Source: Mageeibacillus sp. UBA5439 (lineage in GTDB: Bacteria > Bacillota > Clostridia > Saccharofermentanales > DTU023). From it: DNA of 64,000 nt. Both the position numbers and the translations under genes were made by a program. Each line of letters starts with the position of its first letter. The first letter of the stretch is position 1. Positions 17,222 to 25,025 of the stretch are shown one piece after another. Location of the stretch: assembly GCA_002427505.1 (NCBI GenBank), contig DIRJ01000038.1, positions 45,659-109,658 on the forward strand, given 5' to 3'. The notes beneath the pieces were generated by a model, which was not told where the DNA came from, did no database searches, and saw only the letters and a list, made by a program, of their open reading frames with translations.

Positions 17222-18844
17222 CTATCCTTCGTCACTTGTGTCTGAAGGATCAACTGTCTCTGTTGCCGACTCAGCTGCTGTCGGCTCCGAAGCAGGGTCT
17301 GTTGGCACCGGCGTTACTTCAGTCTCCACAGGCTTAACTGTTAAGCTGAACTCAAAAACAGCATTTTCCTTTAGGCCATTGTCAGCTGTCAGGATAACTG
17401 TATAAACACCTGCCGGCAAACCTTCGGCAATCACTAGCTCCTGCGCAGCATCATTCCAGCTAATCCCGTCATTACTAGAGTTTATGCTCAGTCTGGGTGC
17501 AGGATGTCCGCTAATTTCAAATGCTCCGGAAGACGCTTGCTTATATCCTTCAATTAATTCCAGACTTGACGGACCTGAAATCAGCGGCGCTTGCTGGGCC
17601 TTTTCAACAATTAAAGTGAACTTCAATGTCATGTCATCAAGGCTGTTACTTACTTTCAGATTGATCTCATATTTCCCCTGAGTCAATCCCGCAGCAATAT
17701 CAATTTTCTTGCTTGTATTGTTCCAGCTAATCTTTGTGCTGTCCGGGTTCATACTGATGCTGATTTCAGGCGACGGATTACCAGTAATTGTAAAGGCAGC
17801 TGTCGAAGTCTTTTTGTAGCCTTCTGTCAATGTCAGAGTTTTATCACCACTTATGGACGGTCCTTTAAATAGTCCCTGATAGGGGTTCTCCTGATGCCAG
17901 TCAGTCGGATCCCAGCCAAGTCTGCCGGATATGCTGTAGGGTTTGCCGGCCTGGACTGCAGGAACGGACTGCGGTGTTGGCCAGGAATAACCGGAACTAT
18001 TCGTTAAAATATAAAGAGGCATACCGGGGTAAGCATAGCTTTGCATCTTAGCTGCATCCCGAACACTTAAACGAATACAGCCACCGGTTGTTTTATATCT
18101 GCCCAAAGCATACATACCGCCGATCCAGCATTCATTATATTCGGGTCCCTTGGAACCGCTATACTCATATGGAACAGAGTGAAAAAAGTAATCACCCATT
18201 ATTTGCGTAGGATAGCGCACGTAGCAGTCACCCAGTAAGGAAAACTTTAGATATGACGGTCTGAAGGCCGTGATTCTGATTGGTTTTCCCTCAGGCGCCT
18301 TGGGAGTTGCATTGTTGTAGCCGGTAGAACAATAAAATGCCTCTATCGGTATTTCCTGATCAGCTTCATCCAATCCATAGATTACGGTAACCTGCATGTC
18401 TTCAAAGACGCGGATAGAATGAGCCCTGCCCACTTTACCCACAGGCTTGGCAGCAAGATTAGCAGCTATTGTTGTTGTCGTTGTCGTTTTGCTTGCAGCA
18501 GTAGGGGATGTCTCCGTACTAGTAATACTATGTCTGCTTTTGCTGGGAGGAGTGTTCTCATTAAAAGCAGAACTCGAAGCAGGCTCAGATTCACCATGAG
18601 GCGGCGTATCACTGCTAGTGCCGGTCACAGCCGAAGTCGCTGTTGAGCTGTCTGCTTCACCACTGCTGGGATCGGAGGGCGTAAAATTCTGCATATTCGG
18701 AACACAGGCTAAGAGAACAGATGCCAGTAATAAAAGCATAGTAATTGAAGAAAGCAGCCCCAGCCCTCTTCTTAGTTTTATGTTTTTAAACTTAGTCAAA
18801 GTAAACTCCCGGCAAAGATGTATAGTTGTACCAATACTACACAT
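17222..18844 (-). CDS. L,D-transpeptidase (YkuD) family lipoprotein with two tandem Ig-like repeats
   Basis: Signal peptide ending LLAC. S/T-rich spacer. YkuD catalytic block FHSVP...TTGGCIRLS. Two C-terminal repeats of about 90 aa follow (roughly 17330-17870). Confidence 0.8.
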   Translation of the reverse strand: MCSIGTTIHLCREFTLTKFKNIKLRRGLGLLSSITMLLLLASVLLACVPNMQNFTPSDPSSGEADSSTATSAVTGTSSDTPPHGESEPASSSAFNENTPPSKSRHSITSTETSPTAASKTTTTTTIAANLAAKPVGKVGRAHSIRVFEDMQVTVIYGLDEADQEIPIEAFYCSTGYNNATPKAPEGKPIRITAFRPSYLKFSLLGDCYVRYPTQIMGDYFFHSVPYEYSGSKGPEYNECWIGGMYALGRYKTTGGCIRLSVRDAAKMQSYAYPGMPLYILTNSSGYSWPTPQSVPAVQAGKPYSISGRLGWDPTDWHQENPYQGLFKGPSISGDKTLTLTEGYKKTSTAAFTITGNPSPEISISMNPDSTKISWNNTSKKIDIAAGLTQGKYEINLKVSNSLDDMTLKFTLIVEKAQQAPLISGPSSLELIEGYKQASSGAFEISGHPAPRLSINSSNDGISWNDAAQELVIAEGLPAGVYTVILTADNGLKENAVFEFSLTVKPVETEVTPVPTDPASEPTAAESATETVDPSDTSDEG

Positions 18845-19037
18845 CTTCAGATTTTATTTCTATAGATCTTATCATAACAAATATAGGCCATTTGTAGTAG
18901 ATGATACGAAATCAATAGACTATAATCTGCTGAAAAATCAATGCTTTATTTATAGATTTTCATAGTAGCTATGTTATATTTAATGTAATTTGCTCTCTCT
19001 GCCAGACAATACAGGAGATGCAAAATGAAAGTGAATT

Positions 19038-20324
19038 ATGTCAGCATCCGGAAAGAAAACAAGCACTAATCGCCACTACACTTCTGCCACTTACCGCAGT
19101 AATTTCCGCTATCGTTTATCTTTCCCTATACTTAAAGTTCTACTCACCCCTGTAATCTGGTTTTTATTCAATTATAGAGCTGATTACTACGACGCACCTA
19201 AAGACGAGAACTATTTAATACTGTCTAATCATACAGGTTCTCTGGATCCCTTGATGCTGGCAAAAAGCTTTAGAAGACCGATTTTTTTCGTCGCCTCTGA
19301 TCATTTGTTTCGTCTGGGTATTATCAGCAAGATCATAGATTTCCTTGTAGCCCCTATTCCCATTATCAAATCAAAACAGGATCTGCAGGCTCTGCGTAAT
19401 ATTAGTTCAGAGCTGGCAAATGGCAATACAGTTGCCTTGTTTCCCAGTGGGAGCCGGTCAGTCAGCGGGCCGGAAGAAGCTATCCCCCGCGCTACCGGCA
19501 AATTGCTCAAAATTTTGAAAGTGCCGGTTCTGCTTTATCGTCTCGAGGGCGGCTATCTCAGTTCCCCTCGTTGGGCCAGGTCACACCGCCGCGGAAAAAT
19601 GAGCGGCAGAGTTGTGTATAAGCTGACAGCCGCCGATATTGAAAGATCTACACCTGAAGAGCTGAACAGGATTTTGTATGAGCATCTGGATGCCAACCCC
19701 TACGCCGGCAAAGAAAGAAATACTATTAATTATCTGGGCCGCAACTACGCTCAATATCTGGAACGCATATTCTGGAAGTGTCCTTCCTGTTTGCGCTTAC
19801 AAAGCTTGAAGTCAGAAAAAGATATTGTCTTCTGCAACTGCGGTTTCCGTCTGCGCTACAATGCCAGAGGCTACTTTGAAGCTGCGGGGAATACTGCCAG
19901 GGACCAGTTCTACGCAATACGTTTCCCGCAGGTGGATAGTTTTTATCAGTGGCAGCTAAATGAATTAAAAAAAGACTTCAGTACTGAGAAACTGGCATCA
20001 ATGAATTTGCGTCAATCAATTTTTACTGATAACGAAGAGACACTGGTACTAACATCCAAAGCCCGCAAAAATCAGAAAGTACTAAAAGGTTCACTCGCTC
20101 TCTACCCCGACAGATTGGAATATCTTGATCCTCATAGCGGAGTCTGTTTCCGCTTCCCTTTGGCGCAAATCTTTGATATTGACTGTATCGGTCCCCAGCG
20201 ATTACAGTTTACAGATGCTCGGGACCAGCTGGTTTATGAAAGCTATAATAAAAAGCCCCGCTCCGCTTATAAATATATAGAAACAATTAAACAAATTAAG
20301 TCGCAGTTTCTATCAAGCAGATGA
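19038..20324 (+). CDS. lysophospholipid/glycerol-phosphate acyltransferase family protein with a C-terminal extension of about 200 aa
   Basis: HX4D motif SNHTGSLDP and FPSGSRS block. The C-terminal half contains CPSC...CNCG (possible Zn ribbon). Confidence 0.7.
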   Translation: MSASGKKTSTNRHYTSATYRSNFRYRLSFPILKVLLTPVIWFLFNYRADYYDAPKDENYLILSNHTGSLDPLMLAKSFRRPIFFVASDHLFRLGIISKIIDFLVAPIPIIKSKQDLQALRNISSELANGNTVALFPSGSRSVSGPEEAIPRATGKLLKILKVPVLLYRLEGGYLSSPRWARSHRRGKMSGRVVYKLTAADIERSTPEELNRILYEHLDANPYAGKERNTINYLGRNYAQYLERIFWKCPSCLRLQSLKSEKDIVFCNCGFRLRYNARGYFEAAGNTARDQFYAIRFPQVDSFYQWQLNELKKDFSTEKLASMNLRQSIFTDNEETLVLTSKARKNQKVLKGSLALYPDRLEYLDPHSGVCFRFPLAQIFDIDCIGPQRLQFTDARDQLVYESYNKKPRSAYKYIETIKQIKSQFLSSR

Positions 20325-20402
20325 GATCAGGGACAGCTATTAAGCAGTAGTCTCTCCAAATAGTCAATTCAGTTATTTGAGAGATAGTTTCAGGAGAAGA
20401 GT

Positions 20403-21836
20403 ATGGATTTTTCATCAGCCAATAAAGAGTTATGGGAGTTTGTGTTAACCAGTGGTGTTTTGGCTATCTTGTTGCTTCTTGCTAATTTACTGCGCAGGAA
20501 GACGAGGTTTTTCCGCAATGCCCTGGTTCCCACATCCGTTATTGCAGGATTCCTAGGGCTAATTTTTAATGAAAGCAGACTGATCACACTGGATGTTGAT
20601 TTGCTTCAGATGCTCACATATCACGGTCTTGCGATCGGTTTTATCGCCCTTAGTCTCCGGGTCCCGCGATTACATGATCTCAAGAAGCAAAAGGGAGACG
20701 GTTTATATAACAGTGTCAACTCCGGCATGCTGATAGTTTCCAACTACCTCATGCAGGGAGCACTTGGTTTAATCATCACCATTATCGCTTCTTTTACCTT
20801 CGCCCCGGGTTTCTTCAAAGCTTCAGGCATACTTTTACCGATGGGATATGGTCAGGGTCCGGGTCAGGGCAATAATATTGGTGCCATGTATGAATCTTAT
20901 GGTTTTGCCGGCGGGCAAAGTTTCGGTCTGGCCATTGCCAGCATTGGATTCGTCTGGGCCAGTATTGGTGGTATCGCCTATCTTTATTATCTTAAGAAAA
21001 AAGGCAAGCTGTCGGACACGGCTATCAGACACAAAAAAGACCAGGTTGAAGTTATCTTTGAAGATGAGGATGAAGTTCCTCTGTCTGAGCCTGTTGACCG
21101 TTTAACTCTGCAAGTCGCACTAATCGCACTGGTTTACCTCATAACTTATGGTGTGATTTATGGTCTGTTATGGGTTTTGGGCCGCTTCCCTGCTTTGTCC
21201 GGTCTGGTAAATACTCTCAGTCCGCTGCTTTGGGGCTTTAACTTCCTCATCGGTTCCGTCCTAGCCATGTTATTGCGCAGCTCTCTGAAAAAAATCCGGC
21301 AAAAAGGTCTGATGTCTCATCAGTACCCTAATACGTATTTGTTGAATCGCATTGCCGGCTTCGCCTTTGATGTAATGGTCGTCGGTGCTATATCCACTAT
21401 TTCGATTGATGACCTTAAAGATAATTGGCCGGTATTTCTCATTATGTCAACGCTAGGCGGACTGGCAACTTTGTTCTACAACATCAAAATGTCCAAAATC
21501 GTCTATCCGGATTATCCGGTCGCAGGCATGATGGGCATGTATGGCATGATGACCGGTACAGCCAGTACGGGAATTATGCTCCTGCGTGAGGTTGACCCGC
21601 TCTTTCACACTCCGATGTCAATGAATCTGGTTACCGGCAGCAGTACAGCCATCATCTTTGCCGCACCTATATTGCTTTTTGTCGGCCTGGCAGCTCAATC
21701 TGATTTACTCTTATACGTCACCCTGGCCGCCATCTTTGTCTACTGGGCAATTCTGCATTTCGGCCTTAAATACCGGGCAGGAAAACATGCCCTGAAATAT
21801 AAGGCTACAATCCGTTCTGAAGAGGAGTGCGATTAA
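20403..21836 (+). CDS. polytopic membrane transporter, GltS/ESS (sodium:glutamate symporter)-like
   Basis: 477 aa. The N-terminus and the central block LPMGYGQGPGQGNNIGAMYESYGFAGG...GGIAYLY parallel E. coli GltS as I recall it (LSGGHGTGAAW...GGLIGGP). Substrate unknown. Confidence 0.5.
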   Translation: MDFSSANKELWEFVLTSGVLAILLLLANLLRRKTRFFRNALVPTSVIAGFLGLIFNESRLITLDVDLLQMLTYHGLAIGFIALSLRVPRLHDLKKQKGDGLYNSVNSGMLIVSNYLMQGALGLIITIIASFTFAPGFFKASGILLPMGYGQGPGQGNNIGAMYESYGFAGGQSFGLAIASIGFVWASIGGIAYLYYLKKKGKLSDTAIRHKKDQVEVIFEDEDEVPLSEPVDRLTLQVALIALVYLITYGVIYGLLWVLGRFPALSGLVNTLSPLLWGFNFLIGSVLAMLLRSSLKKIRQKGLMSHQYPNTYLLNRIAGFAFDVMVVGAISTISIDDLKDNWPVFLIMSTLGGLATLFYNIKMSKIVYPDYPVAGMMGMYGMMTGTASTGIMLLREVDPLFHTPMSMNLVTGSSTAIIFAAPILLFVGLAAQSDLLLYVTLAAIFVYWAILHFGLKYRAGKHALKYKATIRSEEECD

Positions 21837-21905
21837 AATCGTCAAAAGTGTATAATAAGATTTGTTAACTCGCTTAGCATGAGCGGGCTGCAAAAGAGGA
21901 GACTT

Positions 21906-22892
21906 ATGTTGTTTAACAGACGCAAAGACGGGAAGCTGGTTAAAGGCGGCGATCCCATGATGCACATCATGCCGTATGTGATGCGGGGACGTAATGAGTC
22001 TGCAGTCTATTACGGAAAATCATTTTGTGTGGAAAACATTCAGGAATATATCCGTGAAAAACGCCGGGAAGGCAAGCGAATAACTCTGTTTAATGTTATC
22101 GTTTCCGCGCTTCTCCATACCCTATACCGGAGACCGCATTTAAATCGTTTTGTGGCCGGGCGTAAGCTATATCAGCGTAACACCATGGATGTATTGTATG
22201 TAGTGAAAACCCTGATGACAGATGAGGGTGTTGAATCCGTTGCTAAAATTACCAGCGATGGTCATGACACACTGGAAGATGTCACCAAGATGATGAGCGA
22301 ACATATCAGCTATATTAAAGACGGACAATCAAAAAGCGATGACCGTCTCATTGGATTCGCTACCAAATTGCCCAGGTTCCTGATCAGATCGGTCTTATGG
22401 CTTGTCAGGATACTGGATTTTCATGGTTTAATGCCTAAAGTATTGATGGATAACATTCCACTTTATTCCTCAGTTTTTATATCGCATATGGGAAGTCTCG
22501 GAGCTGAAGCACCCTTTCATCATCTTTACGAATTTGGAACTACCTCTATCTTCTGTACCATCGGCAAGATTTATAAAAAGCCATATCAAAATGTTGCCAG
22601 CGGAGAACTGGAGTGGAAGAAAACTATTGACATCAGCATCAGCATCGATGAACGCATCTGTGACGGCTTCTACCTGATAAAAAGCCTGCGCCTGTTTGAG
22701 ACTTATATCGATGATCCCTACTTGCTGGAACAAAGTCCCATAGAGCTGGATCTGGAGTACAAGCATAAACTGCGTCAATATAAGAAGCACTATGACGGAG
22801 ATTCAGAATCATTCCTGGAAGATTACTGGGAAAACATGATGGCGGAAGCGGATGGCAACAAGAGCAACGGTCAATCGGAGGAGAAGCTGTAA
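21906..22892 (+). CDS. 2-oxoacid dehydrogenase E2 / CAT-fold acyltransferase catalytic-domain protein (no lipoyl domain)
   Basis: C-terminal block SIDERICDGFYLIKSLRLFETYIDDPYLL parallels the E2 motif DHRxxDG...F...L..P..LL. I prefer the start at ATG 21906, which has a GAGGAG SD 5 nt upstream, over 21879. Confidence 0.6.
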   Translation: MLFNRRKDGKLVKGGDPMMHIMPYVMRGRNESAVYYGKSFCVENIQEYIREKRREGKRITLFNVIVSALLHTLYRRPHLNRFVAGRKLYQRNTMDVLYVVKTLMTDEGVESVAKITSDGHDTLEDVTKMMSEHISYIKDGQSKSDDRLIGFATKLPRFLIRSVLWLVRILDFHGLMPKVLMDNIPLYSSVFISHMGSLGAEAPFHHLYEFGTTSIFCTIGKIYKKPYQNVASGELEWKKTIDISISIDERICDGFYLIKSLRLFETYIDDPYLLEQSPIELDLEYKHKLRQYKKHYDGDSESFLEDYWENMMAEADGNKSNGQSEEKL

Positions 22893-23932
22893 GCCTCTTC
22901 TTCTCCTCTGAGCAGACGCAGACCACCTTCATGCAATGCTTCCATCTCTAATTCCCCGGCATATACGTAAAGCGGCGCGATGAACTCAACCCGCTTTCTT
23001 ACTTCTTCTGTAATAAATTTTGAATGTGCCAGGCCTCCGGTGAGAATGATTGCGCGGATGTCTCCACTGACAACAGGGGCCAGAGACCCGATGGCTTTCG
23101 CGATCTGGTAGGCCATGGTTCTGTAGACGAGGCCGGCCTCTTCATTCCCTGCACGCATGCGTCTTTCTACCTCAATGGCATCATTTGTCTCCAGATAAGA
23201 TATCAGGCCCCCCCGTCCGACCTCATAACTGTATAAACCGTCCGCACCTTCTTCCCGTGCTATTTCAGAAGCATTATATATAGGCAGGCCGCCGGCTCTT
23301 TCAGGTGAAAAGGCCCCTTCATCAGCTGATATAACATCTATAAATTCGCCCTTAGACTGTATATTCATAGAAAAGCCACCGCCCAGATGCGCCAGAATAA
23401 CATTTTCTTTCAGAAGATCAAAACCTTCCTGCTCCGCTATCCTTCGGGCCACCGCTCTTGTGTTGAGCACATGTGTAAAGCTTCTGCGGTTATGACCTTT
23501 TACACCTGACAGCCGGGCTTCCGGTAAAAGTTCATCTACGGAAATTGAATCATAGATATAAGCAGGTACTCCCCCGCCATCTTTAGATATATTTAAAGCT
23601 ATACCTGCTCCCATATTGGAAGCATGTTCCTGCACCGGCTTGTGTAAGAGCGTATCTACCAGTAATTGATCAATCCGATAGGCCCCATGACGCACCGGCG
23701 GCAATATGCCGCCACGGGAGACGATAATATTCAGCTCCCGGGGCTGCAAATCATTATCGGCAAAAAAAGTCCGGACCGCTTCGGTTCTCATTTCCAGCTG
23801 ATCGTTTATTTTCTTGAACTGTGACAATATCTTACAGTCGTGGATAATCTTCTTTTCACACAAGCAACTTGTTTCATCATACAAAGCAACCCTGGTCGAT
23901 GTAGAACCCGGGTTTATTACAAATATCTTCAT
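22871..23932 (-). CDS. buk: butyrate kinase
   Basis: MKIFVINPGSTSTRVALYDE... 353 aa ASKHA-fold kinase, downstream of and 4-nt overlapped with ptb. Confidence 0.9.
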   Translation of the reverse strand: MKIFVINPGSTSTRVALYDETSCLCEKKIIHDCKILSQFKKINDQLEMRTEAVRTFFADNDLQPRELNIIVSRGGILPPVRHGAYRIDQLLVDTLLHKPVQEHASNMGAGIALNISKDGGGVPAYIYDSISVDELLPEARLSGVKGHNRRSFTHVLNTRAVARRIAEQEGFDLLKENVILAHLGGGFSMNIQSKGEFIDVISADEGAFSPERAGGLPIYNASEIAREEGADGLYSYEVGRGGLISYLETNDAIEVERRMRAGNEEAGLVYRTMAYQIAKAIGSLAPVVSGDIRAIILTGGLAHSKFITEEVRKRVEFIAPLYVYAGELEMEALHEGGLRLLRGEEEAYSFSSD

Positions 23933-24843
23933 CTTGCTTCCTTCTCAGCCGGTGTTTGGGCCAGAACAACTGCTAAAGCTATCGTATTCATCTTTTCTGC
24001 AGCAGAAGCACTGCGGGAGATCAGCAAAATCGGTATCCGGGCACCCACTATCAGTCCGGCCATTTTCCCGCCCCCACCATAAACCAGCCCCTTTGCCAGC
24101 AAATTTCCTGAAACGAGATCAGGCACCAGAAGTACATCTGCATCACCTGCTACCGGACTGTTATATCCTTTGGCAGCAGCCGCTGCTGCCATATAGGCAA
24201 GATCAAAGGATATGGGTCCTTCGACCATACAGTTACCATACTTTCCCTGCACCGCCTGTTCTTTCAGATAGGCCGCCTCCCTGGTTTCTCTAAGCTTAGG
24301 ATTGACTTTTTCCGTTGCAGCCAGCACTGCCACCTTGGGTCTTGAGAGACCCAGCCGCTGCGAATAACTAACAGCATGCTGCAGGATTCCCTCTTTCTCT
24401 TCCAGACTGGGATAAGGAATCATACCTCCGTCAGTTACGATAAATAATTTATGATAGCTGGGCATCTCCAGCCAGGCTAAATGCGTTAAGAGCTTGCCTG
24501 TAGTCAGACCGCTGTCTTTTTTCAAGACAGCATGCAGAAGAACAGAGCTGTCAAGATTACCCTTCATCAGCATCTGACATTCAGAGGCTGCACATGCAGC
24601 GACAGCATATTCAGCCGCCTCTTCCGCTGTTTCAAGTACATAATAAGAAAATTCAGAGTTTCTGACCTGATCCAGAACATATTGTTCAGTAGTGGTGGTC
24701 ATGAAAAAGGCTGCTGAGGCCAGTCCCAGGTCCACAGCCTCTGTAACCGCCTCCAGACTGTGTCTGTCAGGTACCACTACTGCAATACGCGGCTTGGCCG
24801 AAACTGCCTGTGCCCGCCTGCGGATCTCTTCAAAATTCTTCAT
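23929..24843 (-). CDS. ptb: phosphate butyryltransferase
   Basis: 304 aa phosphate acyltransferase family protein. Shows the ptb-buk operon arrangement. Confidence 0.85.
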   Translation of the reverse strand: MKNFEEIRRRAQAVSAKPRIAVVVPDRHSLEAVTEAVDLGLASAAFFMTTTTEQYVLDQVRNSEFSYYVLETAEEAAEYAVAACAASECQMLMKGNLDSSVLLHAVLKKDSGLTTGKLLTHLAWLEMPSYHKLFIVTDGGMIPYPSLEEKEGILQHAVSYSQRLGLSRPKVAVLAATEKVNPKLRETREAAYLKEQAVQGKYGNCMVEGPISFDLAYMAAAAAAKGYNSPVAGDADVLLVPDLVSGNLLAKGLVYGGGGKMAGLIVGARIPILLISRSASAAEKMNTIALAVVLAQTPAEKEAR

Positions 24844-24966
24844 ATTTACTCCTTAAGTTTACGCCCAAAGTCACAAGTATTCTCTTAATAATATAGTACA
24901 CTTAGCATAAAAGTCACAAAAGTTTTGTGTTATTTAAGCGAATAATATTCTGTTGAGATAGCAGTG

Positions 24967-24975
24967 TGGTAAAAT
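24967..24975 (+). promoter_or_regulatory. candidate extended -10 promoter element (TGGTAAAAT) upstream of the xdh-like operon
   Basis: Read directly, about 50 nt before ATG 25026. The -35 is weak. Confidence 0.35.
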
Positions 24976-25025
24976 GCAAAGAAACATACAAGGCACAAGC
25001 TTATTAATAAGAATGGAGGTTATAA

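Noticed and set aside
24844-25025. Looked for a purine riboswitch upstream of the xdh-like operon, and likewise at 62638-62822 upstream of the nucleoside ABC operon.
   Set aside because: I could not find the conserved three-way-junction core (paired loops with the UAUAAU...CUAC-type signature). The leaders after the candidate -10 elements are only about 45-80 nt. A proper covariance-model scan would be decisive.
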